Shown here in pieces: positions 25,960-58,034 of a DNA stretch of 64,000 nucleotides; position 1 is the first letter of the stretch, and each line of letters begins with the position of its first letter. Position numbers and translations under genes: made by a program. The notes under the pieces were generated by a model, which was not told the DNA's origin, did not search any database, and was given only the letters and a program-made list of their open reading frames with translations. Source of the DNA: Macrostomum lignano. Its lineage: Eukaryota. The stretch is taken from positions 186,001 to 250,000 of the forward strand of contig NIVC01000583.1 of assembly GCA_002269645.1 (NCBI GenBank), in the 5' to 3' direction.

Positions 25960-26344
25960 AATTTGCCGCCGAGGTCAATGCACTTCTGCCAGCGGCGCAC
26001 CCACGCAGGGCTGGGCTGCAACCGCCGATGGCCAGATGCCGGAGTGCTGATGAAGCACTGTTATTAATCTGTTCCACCGAGGCAAAACGTTGACCACGAA
26101 GACTCTCCTTCATCCTTGGGAAAACGTAGAAGTCCGCCGGAGCCAAGTCAGGCTTCATCTTCCATGCACAGCCTCCCTCCCTGGACCTCACGAACCCACT
26201 TGCACACTGTCTGAATTGATGGAGCTTCCTCTCTCAAAACGTCTCCAAGCTCTTCATGAATTGCAGTTGCCGATTTTCCAGCCAAACTCCAAACTTGATG
26301 ATGTTCCGAACGTCAAACTGAGTGAACGAAGCTGACGCGGCCAT
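25960..26344 (-). pseudogene. Internally deleted mariner (DD34D-type) transposase remnant
   Basis: N-terminal HTH-like DVRNIIKFGV.../GKSATAIHEELGDVLREEAP (frameshifted) joined almost directly to the C-terminal PDLAPADFYVFPRMKESLRGQRFASVEQI; the catalytic core is missing. Confidence 0.8.
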
Positions 26345-26446
26345 CTTTGCAAAAGTCTATATTTGATTTTAAGTGATGCTCTGCAGCTTGTGAGCATGAC
26401 AGCACTCTGAAACTTGTCATTCTTCTTTACCATAGACTATAGGTTA

Positions 26447-27792
26447 CACCATTCTACCTCCTATTTTGAACAAAGTCTTGTTCAAAAGAAACAAGCAGAA
26501 GTTCAATTCAAACACTTTAAGAAATATCAGCCCTTGCGGAAATTCAAATCAAACAATGAATGATTCCTGCACGGTCATGAGTGCGGGAATGACATCTGCA
26601 CGAGTGCGCGCTAGCGCACGAGTTCACGATGTCCTTCACGCACGAGTGAACGTGAAGGAATCCCATTGTCGGATTATTCATCGTGCAGGAATGCACAAAA
26701 CCGTGCAGGAATGCATTTCTGCGCCTAATGCTTTTTCAGTGAGATTTTACCCTAGACATCCATCCATCATTCAAAAGAAACAAAGTCGCATTCTATTTCG
26801 ACAAAGGGATAAAACACAGCATATCGATGAACATAAGAGTAAAAGGAAAAACAGGAACAAGACAGTGTCAGTTGGCCAACTTGAGACACCTAACCATCAA
26901 TTGCCTGTCCACCAACGCAGCGAGGGACGCATGTAAACACATGGTTGAACCACTCAGTGCACTTATCCACAGAGATGCAGCCAATGGTTCTGTCCACCAT
27001 GTTGTACAGAATGTCTCGCCGATAGGCCGCCATTGACTGATTCCTGTGCTGCTCAGCTATCGGAGCGATGAAATTTTGCTGGTCTGCTGCCAGTTTTCTC
27101 TTCAGAGTGTCCTTCCAACAGGAGATTGAGTTCTCCACAGGACTCAAAAATGGACTGTATGGTGGAAGCCGCTTGACCTGAATGGTGTCCGGAATCTCGT
27201 AGGCTGCTTTTCCGCTCTCCCTGACCTCACAATCTGTTCGCTGTTGACCTCTTGACTCCAAGTTGGCGCGCCAGTTCCACAAGTCATCCCCACGATCAGC
27301 AGCCCTGATGATACGGTCTCTGTCACTGTTGCTTAAACAATAGCGCACTGCCGAGGCTGCTGTTCCATGATATCTCCATCGAATTCTGCTTCAAATTCAT
27401 CGATTCCATCTTCCAGCAATTCATCGTCTTCTTCAATCTGATCTTCAGCATTCATATCGTTTCTTGTTGCGCAACGATTGTACAGTTATGCAGTACAGGA
27501 AAAACAAAAAAGTTAGATTAATGTACTAAAAATGTACTTGTACCTATGTGCAAAAATCTCTGTCGAAATAGAATGTGACTTTGTTTCTTTTGAATTTCAA
27601 ATCTGCGCATGCGCGTCACTCGGGGACAATTTTGGCCACAGACAGTCTGAATTGAAGTTCTTCTGTTTCAATAGAAAGGGACTTTGTTTGATTTGAATTT
27701 CCGCAAGGACTGATATTTCTTAAAGTGTTTGAATTGAAGTTCTGCTTGTTCTTTAGAACAAGACTTTGTTCAAAATAGGAGGTAAAATGGTG
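26447..27792 (-). mobile_element. Internally deleted Tc1/IS630-like DNA transposon (~1.35 kb)
   Basis: About 110-bp near-perfect TIRs starting CACCATT(C/T)TACCTCCTATTTTGAACAAAGTCTTG, TA on both flanks (26445-46, 27793-94). The residual ORF 26890-27348 has an HTH-like start (LSNSDRDRIIRA) fused to the DDE C-terminal LPPYSPFLSPVENSISCWK. Confidence 0.88.
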
Positions 27793-29577
27793 TAGTAAAT
27801 GGCTAATGTCTCCTGTCCAAGATGCTATTAATAAATTTTATACAATTTAAAATTTACTTTTGGAATAGCCCTCGTAATCCACACATAACAACGATAAAAA
27901 GATACTTACAATATTGTGCTATATACAGCTTGCTATGTCAATCAGAAAGAACAGGTCAAGTTGGAGAAAATACTTTATCTCCTGTTGATTAATTCGGCTA
28001 TAGCCAAAATTTGTCTTCTTAGGCCATAGACAAATTAATGAAATGGAAGATGTTTTAAAGTTATTGCCCAGTGCAAATAACTGAAGGCATTTGGGACTTT
28101 GACTTACGCACATGGTAAGTTGGTAAGACTTGATCTAAAGAAATTATCAAAGTCCTTAAACAGTCGATGTAGTATGGTGTGCCTTGAAATTTTAAAACGG
28201 AGAAGAAGCAGAATGAAGTCGAAAAGAAGATTGAGAGAATTCGAAAACTATGCTGGGGGCTAGCTAGCACGCAGCTAAAGTTTCAAAAGATCTTTCAAAG
28301 CAAAAAACTCGAGTTATAATAAGTCTTAATTATTATCATGGCTTCAGCTGCGACGCAGAGCATGACCAAATAAAGTAATCGAAAAAGACAGTCCGCATGA
28401 TTAAAGGTTGACAGCTCAGCTTTGATTAGACGTTTTCGTGCGAATACGGGGCATGTTAGCATAGTTCCAACCAAAGCGAGCGTAGCAGTAGCCCTGGCAA
28501 TTAGCTCTGCTGAAACTTTATGAAAGGAGAGTTTTCGACACTTCTGACTCGTTTGAGCTGTGGGATTTGCTTAAAATTGTCTGCTTTTGGGGGTAAGGTA
28601 CTTGAAGCCGGCTTAGTGACCTTGTGTTGACCTTGTGATGACTGCGACTCAAGTGCTCTCCATTCGCCACCATAATAACGATAAGATAACCTTTTGCTTA
28701 GGCGCAAAGCAAGTTCAAACTTGTCGGATTTCATGGCAAGAGTATCTCTGGCACGCTTGCACAAACAATCGACGGATGAGCTCGTGACCTGAATGCCGGA
28801 TCTTCTGATGAGGATCCGTGCACGTGGTCAGTTTACAAGCCGGACGAAAGTTGAATATTGCGGAACTGTCACTTACTCTGCATCCACCTCTTGCGAGTCC
28901 CATGCACATTAACAAGGCATGACTTACTTCCCATTTCACCTACTCATTGACAATAGCACGGTGAAAGTATTCTTTAACAAAAACTTCATCAAAATCGTCT
29001 TTTACAATGGAGAAACGACTTCCAATGCTCGCGGGATTAAGACTCTTACCGATTCTCTTCATAATTAAGGTAGATGAAAAGTTATTACTTAACGTTAGAC
29101 CCTTTTGTGACCTGGCATGCAAAAGAGGCTGATGGGATGCAGAAGTTTCGTGAGTCTCTCTCTTTCACCCTTTCCCTATATGTTGCTAGGCTCAAGACTT
29201 TCATATTAGCGAATTTCTCAGATAATTTGATGCTAACGTGAGTTAGTGGTGGCACGCGTGCAAATACAATGGAAGTTGCATTAGTAAATTTTTTAATCAA
29301 GCACTATCAGATTCTGTTAGGACAAACAAAAATCAATGGGTCAATCTCATTCCTATCTGGGCTACTGAACGCGAAAGTCTGTGTTATAATCTCGAATGAA
29401 TTGATTTCTAATTAGCATAGAAAGTGCGATTTTTTCGAGCATTTAAGAACAAATCGAAAATGAAAACATTTAGACATTACACGGAGATGAGGCTGCGATA
29501 ATCGAATAACATCGAATAAACCAAAGGCACTTCAAGATACGATATTCTTATTAGAAACTTTAGTATTTTTCACTAAC

Positions 29578-29782
29578 TGCAGGAAGTTGCTTGCCGAACT
29601 TTGCTTGCAGGAATTTTGCTTGCCGAACTTTGCTTGCAGGAATTTTGCTTGCCGAACTTTGCTTGCCGAACTTTTGCTTGCAGGAAGTTTGCTTGCAGGA
29701 ACTTTGCTTGCCGAACTTTGCTTGCAGGAAGTTTGCTTGCCGAACTTTGCTTGCCGAACTTTGCTTGCCGAAGTTTGCTTGC
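29578..29782. repeat. Minisatellite, 15-bp unit TTGCTTGCCGAACTT / TTGCTTGCAGGAATT
   Basis: About 13 copies alternating between two variants. Confidence 0.9.
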
Positions 29783-31661
29783 GGAAATTTGATGTCTGCT
29801 TCCTAGAAATTCGCAATTACAGTTGCAAGATTTCAACTTACCGAATTATTTTCTTGTCTGCTTGCTTGTTTTGATTGCTTGTGAAGTTGGTCAGTCAATT
29901 AGTACTTACTACAGATGCTTTGCAACTGGATTCTTATCAGTGTCGACGTAAACTGACTTGACACTAAGCTTTCAAACTAGGCTTATAGAGTTTCATTCTA
30001 AGTATTTAGTATATAAAGATGATGTACATTGATGTACAATGTACGTTCATTTCCAAAAAATCTATTCTGTACATTTCGCTGCCTAAATCATTCGATATGT
30101 GTATTGTTCGAAATTGTGTTTAATTTTTGTTGAAAATATATTCCCAGTATCTGCTCACAAGGCCGTTCGCTGGAAGAAAATTTTCGAATAGAGTTTGAAT
30201 AATAGCTCGTAATTAGGTCAAATAGTTTGAATTAATTTTCGCTCTTTTTAAAAAAAGCTTTCGAGTTGTTCCAATTAATAAAGGCTTAAATAAGGCGCTA
30301 AAATAAGCCAATCAAAGTGGCTTTTAGCTACTGCAACCTACAGAAGAGAACTCTCAAGCAAAAGCTTTGATACCAATTCTGCTCTTGACTGGCCATTCAG
30401 TCTAGTGTTTGTCCTTAACCAATACCAAGTCTGAATAAAATAACAGGCTGGCACAGCAGGTTGAAGTCGACTTTTACGCGTGATATAAATGATGGATTTT
30501 TTGCTGAGCCACACTGCAAGATAAATATTTAACAAGAGCGACATCGGGGAGAGCTTCGGGGGCGACTCTCGACTCTCAGCCAATTTCTCAAGTTGGAATA
30601 GATCGAAAGTTAAAAGTTACTGCTCACGAATCTGTGACACTGTATGGCATCGTGCGAGTAAGGCGAGTAAAGACCGAACGACAATATAGCATCTAGGCTC
30701 GCAAAGTGATTGGTATATGGAGGCAAAGCACTACTGACTAGGCTAACTGCAGTGCACGAAAGAAGCATCTTACAGACGACGAGCTACACAGCGTGGAATG
30801 CATTAAAAATCGACACTGCACAAAAGAAATCGACACTGAAATTAATTTACTCAGACAACGGGGTGGGGGACGACGCATATAAGTAGCAATAAAAAGTCTT
30901 GACGCGTCAGCCTGGTACTCAACGAAATTACAATACTTCCAGGCTCATGCAATGGACTACGCAGCATTGCTACTAGCCAAAACATCAAAATCATGTTTTA
31001 ATATTCAATTTTGTTTACAAGTAAAAAAATTTTTGTTTAACGCGGAAAAGTGAGGTAGCTGTAGCTACTGAGAGTAACAAACACATTTTAAATATTAGTC
31101 AGAGCAAACCAAGAAGCATGCATGATCCCAGCCCTTTAAAACTCTGAACCGCTGCATGCTCGGAAATTGTTTACAGCATGCATACACGATATCCCGTCTG
31201 GGCTTGTAAATCTTATTCTGCGCGCAGTTACCAACAGTTGACAGTAGGGTCGGCTCCGACACCATAAGAGCATATCAACTCGCTGTGGGTCTTGGCAGCA
31301 TAAGAGCATGCGTAATGGAGTCGAAAAATCGTTTAAGTCTTAGGGCTTCAGACAGATATCCAGAGCAATATACCCACTCCTAAAATTTATAGCCTGACAA
31401 TTCATGTAGCAGACAGTGTTGAGCCGAAGCGGAGAGCGAAAACCGACCTAAACCACTCCACGCTTTCATGCACTGTATTGCTCAACAAGGCTGTTAAAAA
31501 ACTTTGTGCTTTTTAAGTCCTCATGCAGATGGAGTGCATGCACAGTATAACGCTTGTTTTACACCGCAATCAAACGGGACCAAAGTTTGTCACCAAGCAA
31601 ATTGGTGAACACCAATCCGTGTGACTTGATAACAATCAGTTGACGGTGTTGTGAACAAGCT

Positions 31662-33044
31662 TTACAACTCATTGGGCGCAGTCGCGGCCATGGCTGTATC
31701 CGCGACGGCGGTTGTCGGCACGGCGGCAGTTGTCACGATGAGGCGACGCTGGCAGAGCTCCAGCCGCTCGGCCGGCGCGGCAGCCGCTGCTGCCCGATTG
31801 TTCACCTGCCGATGACAGCAGCGGAAGCTTCGATGCAGTGCCTCGCTGAATTGGCGGTTGGCGAAACTATAGATGAGGCAGTTCAGGGTGGAGTCCACGC
31901 ACACGAGAAGGTTGGCAATGTAGCCCAGCATGTGCAGATTTTCGCGCATTGTGTCAACAACCTTTGCCATTGTGGCCGTCTCGCATAGAAGAAATGCAAC
32001 GCACAGCAGTGCAACCATCCTGGTGCAGCTAGCTGCCTGCTGCTGATGCTGCTGGTGACGGGACGAATCCAAAACAACGGAGGCAGCTGGTGCCGTCAGG
32101 CTTCGCCGCCTGGCGTCCTGACGCTTGACGCGCACGCACAGAACGGTGCTGAAATAGACGAGCAGCACGAAGGGCCCAGCGCTCTGCGCTAAAAACAGCA
32201 CAATGCCCTGGTAAGCTACTTGGTAGACGAGATGCTCATTCAGGTAGCCGGCGATGTGAGTCACCTGGTTTTTTTATGAAAAAGGGATACTAATATAGAA
32301 AATCTATCAAACCTATAGTTCATGAAAACACTAATACTAAGATCACTGCACACGCAATCAACATTAGAGATCTGCATGATCTTTGATCTTGAATCAACTT
32401 GCGCATACAACTTCATCAACTAGCAACTCTGTCCAGTCTCCAACTGAAATTTCACACACTTGAAGCCTCGGAGCGCAGGTAATAACGCTAAACTCAAAGC
32501 AACGGGGCAGAGACACCAGTAGACAGGCGATCACAAAACAGGCAGCTTTCGGCTTCACCGGCCGACTTAGCAGCCAGCCTTTGCCGGAGCGCAGGCCGGA
32601 AGTTGTCCTGTGCCTGTAGTAGCTGATAAGCACCACCAGCCAGTTCCGCATCAGATGCAGCACGGTGGCCGAGTACATTGTGGCGCTCATGCAGCCGGCT
32701 ACTAGCAGAGCGGCAGACAGGCTGGGCAGCCGGAGCATGTTGCTCTCCATCAGGTACAGCAGCAGGTGCAGCCAGGCGAACACCAGCTGGAACAGGGCGT
32801 CGCTGCCAGAGAGGCAGGCAAGAATGCGATGAAAGTCGTTGCTTCCCCGGCGGTTCAGCGAGCGAAACACGGCAAAACAGACGCTATTGAGAATGAAGTT
32901 GACCGCCGGCAGGACTATCATGATCACTTTGTAGGCGCGAAGGCCGGGAATGCCGTCGAGATGTTCCAGGTTGGATTGGCTGACGTTCTCGCACTCGTCG
33001 GTGGCATTGGACACAATCAGCAGACGGGATAGGAAGGACGACAT
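31662..33044 (-). CDS. Class A (rhodopsin-like) GPCR, FMRFamide/peptide-receptor-like orphan. Exons: 33044-32409, 32264-31662
   Basis: Seven hydrophobic segments: TM1 NFILNSVCFAVF, TM2 LACLSGSD, TM3 MRNWLVVLISYYR, TM4 LLVSLPRCFE, TM5 QSAGPFVLL, TM6 AFLLCET, TM7 DSTLNCLIY. One GT-AG intron (exact donor, 32409 versus 32412, is uncertain). Confidence 0.85.
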
Positions 33045-34868
33045 TGCTGCTGTTTTGCTGAAGAGCGTTTGATATTAATTTGGTAAATTGCAGGGAAACA
33101 GGCCAACAGACAGAGAGGTTCGCAGCAGTCTGTCCCAGTTGCGATTCCCTCTATATATAGTCATACACTCTTGGCCTCGCCACTCTCATTTCCATGCTTG
33201 CCGAGTGCCCTCAAGGGAGCTTGGAATCGGTCAGCCAATAGGAGCGAGCTGGACACATTCACATTTTGCTGCCCTTGCCGCGCAGTTGCCTTGCGAAAAC
33301 GGAAAATAAGCCGAAAGAATATAAAACCAAGAGAGGGATGGAGAACTGCGATAGGACACGCTCCTGCCGTATATATGAAGCTAAGTGCGTGGCAACCAAA
33401 ATTTGCGGGTGATGAAAACGCCAGCGGCAGGTTTCCTGTACGACTCTGCTGCTTAGTTCTGTGGAGGTCAAATCATGCACTGTATTTTGTACGCGCGGGT
33501 ATATCTGTAGCAACGCACTGCTTTTCCCATGCAGTGCGCCAACAAGCAGCGCAAGGAATCTTATATACACATTGTGGAACCACATAGGCGAAAAAGATAG
33601 GCTGGATTATTAAAACAAACTAGAGAAGTAAAAGTACGTTCAAACTGCACCAGAGCGATGTCCTCTATGAACCAACAGCAGTAGGCCACTGGACAGCACG
33701 CCTGTCAGGTAGATAGAGTCTTCCACTGAAATTACCTGTAGGTGTCTTTTTTCGTGCACCCCCAGAAGTGAAAACCGATAAGGGGCATCCCAGGGGCTCG
33801 TGCAGGTAGAGTGAATAACTTTGATTTATGATGAACTTCTGACAAAACTTTTGGCCATTTTGCAGGTGAACAGTCCAATAGATATGATGTAAAATCACCA
33901 GAGGAACCAACTTAATTTTTTTAATACCGGTAGTTATCGAAGAAGTATTCTGTCGCAATTCTGGTCAAATCCATGCCTCAACTTATCTATTGATTAACTG
34001 ATTGGACCATGGACTCCACTTTGCCATTCGCGATTCACTGTGATTTCATATAGATTCTAACTCCTCATAAGCCTACGAGACGGAATTGGAAAGATTAAGC
34101 AAACAAAAGAGTATGGCTGTCAAATGTAAGCCTATTTACTAGATTGCCGCACTTTTCCTATTAGATTAATATTGTACTTCAGCAACTAGACTAGCTACTC
34201 GCAGTACTACATGTAGGAAAAATGTAGCAAAACGCAGGAAAAAATGTAAATCTTTCCGACGAAAAAGTAGTCCAAAATGGGTCTCAGTTAATAAAGTATG
34301 GATGGCCTAGCGTTCGACACACAAGGACTCCCATGAACTAGTTTACGAGCGTAGTGGTAAGTGGTAAGTAATACGTTACTTTGGTACATGTAACTAATAC
34401 TATTAATACTCATCTGGCCTATGGCACGTCAGCTGACATGTAACCTCCGCAAAATGAGTCCTCCCTGTACCTCCTTTAGACTGTACGATTATAACTGTCT
34501 TTGTGCTCGGTGTCCTTTTATGGACTACAAAATTGATATAATCCTCCATGTACATGTAGACAGAAGAAAGATCGGGATAGATGACAGGGGAAGCCGGTTT
34601 CTTTAATGATCAATTCTTGGAAATCCGAAGCTGGTTAGTGAAGCACACAAAATCTCAAAATACTCCCCTATGTACATGAAATATGCATGTATTGTACGTC
34701 TGTTCTAAGCATGGGGCAGTCTGGACGCAATCTGTAAACATTTGGGACCTCGATTTAATAAGCGAGACTAAACTAATTTACTTTAGTAATCTGAAACATT
34801 ACTCAGGAATATTCGTATCGCCATATCGTCAAGAGCTTCTGAGCGCGTTTACTACATGCTACATGTAA

Positions 34869-35110
34869 CTCAGCCGCAGCTATTGCGCGGCGCATCTGAA
34901 GGCTGCGTACGGATGTTCAGTCCAAGGACTGGGGGGGGGGTGCCACACACGCCCTCAATTACCCCAGTTAACGCTGGCACCCATTTTACAGCTGGGTGAA
35001 CTGAAGCAAAGTTAAGTGTCTTGCTCAAGGACACAAATTGTTCGAGTGGGATCGAGAATCTAGCCCCCGACCTTCAAGTCGTGATTCCGACGCTCTAACC
35101 ACTAGGCTAC
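34869..35110 (-). mobile_element. tRNA-derived SINE, near full length
   Basis: Minus-strand head TGTAGCCTAGTGGTTAGAGCG (A-box) with a degenerate B-box, followed by GTGTCCTTGAGCAAGACACTTAAC, which resembles conserved central cores of animal tRNA-SINEs; second copy at 53281-53501. Confidence 0.75.
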
Positions 35111-35630
35111 AACCCCCAATCAATAAAAAAGTTCAATAAGCGTACTGAGCGAATTTTAGTTTAGTCACTACACAACAGCATTAAGTTACGAAGCTAAGTT
35201 AGGAAACACGGTGTGCAGTGTCTATTATAAGCCGTAATAATCCGGAATTGAATCTAAGATTCTTCCTCATCCTGATGAGGAACTTCTCTGTGCGCATTGG
35301 CGCTTTCTATCTCAGAAATTATCAGTGTCCATTCTATCATTTGACCATAAAGTTCGAACTCTGGTGAACGCTGCTCAGTAGCTGTACCTGGATGCATATT
35401 GAATTGAGCGGAAACGCTGCACAGTCCTCCGTACTTTTCTGCCTGCAAGCTCGATGAACTACTCAGTAGTAGTATTCTGTTCACCTAAAATTCCTTAATA
35501 ACGTCCTTGGAACCGACATCCTTTGAATAGTTTTCCAATCAGCCAATAGGGCGACAGGAATGAGCTGTTATTTTTTAAAGAATTGGCTACATTTGCTGAG
35601 CAAGCTTGGCTATCTCGAGCAGGAGAACAA

Positions 35631-53911
<18,281 letters not shown>

Positions 53912-55371
53912 CCGGGGACTACTAAAGTAATATACGGCCTGGTAGTTATTGAGCTTGAGCTGTGACTCGCCCTTGCGCAAAAATGTTGTTGTAAGTACGC
54001 TCGTACGAGCGTATGTAAACCTGAAGTATTTTGCTTCTAATCCAATACGCTTAGTGCGCTAGATTAGCAATCCATTCTATTCCTGCATCATTGTGGGCTA
54101 GATTAGCAATCCAATCCAAGACAAAATTAATGGATATGAACATTAGCTGATACAATCTTCCCGAAGCCGGTTCCGTGCCCCCAGCAACTGTTTGCCAGTT
54201 TCAGGGCAGCCACAAAAGAGCAAACGAATGAAGGAGACGAAGCCATAAATGATTCCTCTTTAGGGGGCGCCGCGTTATCATTAGTAAAAAGCAGACCTAA
54301 GCCTCGGAAGCTCAGAAATGCTAATTAACTGAATGGCTGCAACAAGTTCGATAAGCAAATATTTCCTCCGATCATGCTGCTTTCATTGTTGACTTTGTTT
54401 GTTTAAAAGAGACATTGCAGTGTGTCTTCTTTTACTAAAAGTAGCATAATTATAGCAAGTGCTTTTAGACTTAGAAATCACTTTGAAAGTATTTTAATTG
54501 CTGCTTTTTATTAAATTTTCAGCCCTCAGCTTTTAGAAATAATACACCTAATCGCAAAAACGTAGGATTAAAGAAAACCAATCAATGTATTTGTTGACTA
54601 ACAGGTCACCTTACTGTATGCGCGTACAAGTTAATACCAGAGTTAATTCACGTCGCAAACATTGTACTGCTTGCCAGTCTTGACTGTTGACCAAACTGTT
54701 TGCAAGATTCAAATAAATTTGCTGTTTAATACCGATACGAAAAGCCACCGAAACCCCGATTTTCTGGCACTAATAAAACATTGAATACAACAAATATCAG
54801 CGGATCTACTTAAACCAATAGCATGAGCAAAAACTATATTATCTTACATATTGGTACACGCAAATAGTATAATTGTTGCCATGAGTATATTGCACTGTGT
54901 TTAGCTGTTAATTTGCTTAAAACGTAAATCGCTACTAAAAATTCATTCGTGCTACCACGCCTCGTATGCCTATGGTCTGAGAGCGAAACTAAAGTGATTG
55001 TTGTAAGATTTATTTTTACCCATTTTGTCTATAGTTCGACCATAGACAAAATGCCCCTCCCGGCCACCCACTGATAATTGCAGACATGTTTCGGCCCGAG
55101 AAATCTGGGCATCATACGGAAAGTGAACTTTTACCATAGACAAATCGCTCGACAAATTCTATCTGGAAAAAACACTAACGAGATAAGAACTTGACTGAAC
55201 TTACTTTTCCGTTTTCCAGTCTTAGCATTCATAAATACGTTATGAGCTTGAGAAGCAAACAAATCAATCTTGGACAAAACACATTGTTGCCTCATTTGCA
55301 ATTCAGAAGCTCAGAAGGTGAGGCATTGTCTATTTTCCTCCTTGCCAATTGTCTCTCATCGATTGATCTTG

Positions 55372-57143
55372 CTAGGAGCTGCTGGCCAGCCGCAGATACA
55401 CAGCAAAGAAAGCCAAACAGGCGATGGACACGAACTGGCAGGCCGCGTTGGCGAGGCCGCCGTACATGTAGCAGGCCTGGCCGAAGCACTCTGGCTCTTC
55501 GGGTGTCGGTGCTGCACTGGAGTTGGCCGCTGCGGAGAAAAGACGGATAGTCGGAAGCATTTCGGAAGGTTGTTCCAAGTCGTTCAGGTTAGTTAAACAT
55601 GCTCACACAGGGTGTACAGCAACTCAGGCTTTCTCATCGTCCGCCAGGCACACTCTGAACCTTTCGAGTTGGCTCTCATGGGCAGAAATGTCTCAAATCT
55701 CAAGCCAATTTTCGTGTGCGATACCCAAGTCAATCAAGTCAAAGTCCCTAAGTATTTTGACGCGACAGTCGAACCTCTGGTCTCACCTGGAGTCCATTGT
55801 GCGTGACTGTCGTACAGGGCGCCAAACTGTAGCATTAGAGGCAGCGCCACCAAGAAACCGAGCAGCACACAGAGAGAATAAAGTCGGCCAAACAGATATC
55901 GCTGCTGAGTCTGCGAAATAATTACAGGTGCCAGGGTGTACAAGGTAGCAGCGACCAGTGCTGCCAGAGTGAACGCCGTCATGGTGACGCCTAGCGGTGA
56001 GGCGCCAGGTGCCAGCGGAGTGCACAGCATCAGCACCGATGGAGCTCCAAAGCCGAAGACGCCGGCCAGAAGAACAAGTGCTCGCTGACTCGCTCGGGGC
56101 AAGTAGTGGTCCGTCAGAGGTCCAATGAGGCAGCGCCAGGCAACAGACACGAGGCAGGGAATCCAGAAGTAGTAGACATCGTACTGGGTGAGCGAAAGGC
56201 TTCGAGTGACGCTAGTCATTTTGAGGAAGATTGAAAGGTTCGCTCCGATCGTCAGTCCGAGGCCCAACAGGAGAGGCAGGAAACTCTGTGAGCAGCTGAC
56301 TTTGAGAAACTCTCCTGACTGAGCCAAAAAGTCATCGTCGGGACTACGCTGCTGACGAATCTCGTTGGCCTCGCGCTCCGCAGCTGCTGATGATGGCGCA
56401 GTTGCGTTCGATTCGTCGAATTCGTCATCGTCTGATGAAGTAGTTTCCGCGTAGGACTGCTGCTGCTGTCCACTCAGAATGGGTATGGATTCCGACAAGC
56501 CGTCCGCGTCCATCAGGCTCTGAACCGGCGTCATGAAGAAATACGCAAATGTGTGGGCAGCCATTGTGAAAACGAGTAGCACAATCATAGTGCCAACTGG
56601 ACTTTGATCGGCGACACTGCGGTGCATGTTCGCGAAGACCACATAGTAGATGAAGGCTACAATAGGCGGGCCGATGTTGTAGCAGGTATCCAGCAGAGTC
56701 ATGATGTAGCCCCGTCGGCTGGGCTGGAAGCTGCTCATGCAACAGCCGATCGCTGCCATGTAGCTGTAGTTGAAGCTGTGGCCATACAGGAAGAGCAGAA
56801 TGTACAGCAGCCACAAGCTGTGCCTCAACGGCTCGGGGTGCGCCATGGCGATTGCCAGGAATAAAGTAGCTAGCGAGGAGAAGACGCCGCTAAAGGCGAC
56901 CGACTTTCTGGCACCGTAGCGATCGAAAAAGACACCACTGAGCAAGATGAGCACCGTCCCGATGTACATCGACGTGATACTGAAGTCAAGCTGACGCTGG
57001 TTGAGTCCGTAGCTCATCTTCATGAAGTTGGCAAAGATGGGGCCCGACAGAGACTGGCCAGCGATGAGTTTTATCAGGCAGGCGCTGATCAGCAGGAGCC
57101 ACTCGCGCTGCTCAATGTTTAAACTCTGCATCAACTGCTTCAT
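55372..57143 (-). CDS. MFS transporter, nodulin-like/Mch1-like family, paralog 1. Exons: 57143-55787, 55529-55372
   Basis: About 12 hydrophobic segments; GVFFDRYGAR (MFS motif A) and GPLTDHY; C-terminal LYD...ECFGQACY; phase-1 GT-AG intron. Confidence 0.85.
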
Positions 57144-58034
57144 ATTTGCTCCTGAGGTTGTCAGTCTGCTCTCAGCAATTCTGTGTGAGGAATTTGTGCG
57201 CAGCTATTTGAATGTTTCCAGATACTGTACACAGAGCGTGCTCATCTGGCAAAAATTGTCTCGAGCAATTCCATTCTCTTTCTCTGTTTTCTTACCCTTT
57301 TCTACTGTGCGCCCACAAGGAGTGACAAGGGTGAAGTTATATGGAGTGCGCCAGCCAAGCAGCTGTTGCCCTCCTCAAGTCAACAGAGTGTGCGCCAGAG
57401 CTAATTTTATTATTCTCTTTCTGCTTCTTATTTCTCTTCTAGAAGAACGAACTCACAATCGTTCAACTCTGTTGCCCTCAGCGCACTTCCGGCTGGCCCG
57501 AGTGTGCGTTTGGAAGAACCAGGACGAAGACTTCTGTTCCGTAGCTGTGCGCACTGCTCAAGGATTTTAGCAGTTCCCTCCGCTTGTCGGAGTGCCAGCT
57601 AGTATGGTTAAAGAAGCAAAAAATATCTGTGTCCCTGACACGCCGCCCCATTTTGGTCCGCTAAATTATTGCCGAGGCAAATTCTTTTTTTGCATTTCCT
57701 TGCTTCTTTATTTGCCTCATTTGACTGAGTAGCAAAAGTACATTGACTGTGTTAAGTGGGTGAACCTGTTTGCGAAAATCCAACTCATGGTTGGAGAAAG
57801 CTTGTCTGATTTATAATTTATGATTTATTTAAAAGTCCTTTCAACTTACGAGAGCCGACTCGTGAGTTATCGTAAAAATAACTCTTAAGTTATTACTCGT
57901 TTAAGTAAATGGAATATTTTAAGCGACTGTCAGTCAGACAAGTTCACGTTTTTTCTATTGTTTTGTGTCAAATTTAACTGTTTATTAAGACTGGTGAAAA
58001 TTTAGTTTGCCTTTCGCCCTTGATGATTTTAAGG

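Noticed and set aside
35040-35110. Functional tRNA gene
   Set aside because: The B-box and T-arm are degenerate, no full cloverleaf can be formed, and it continues into a SINE body with a second copy elsewhere.
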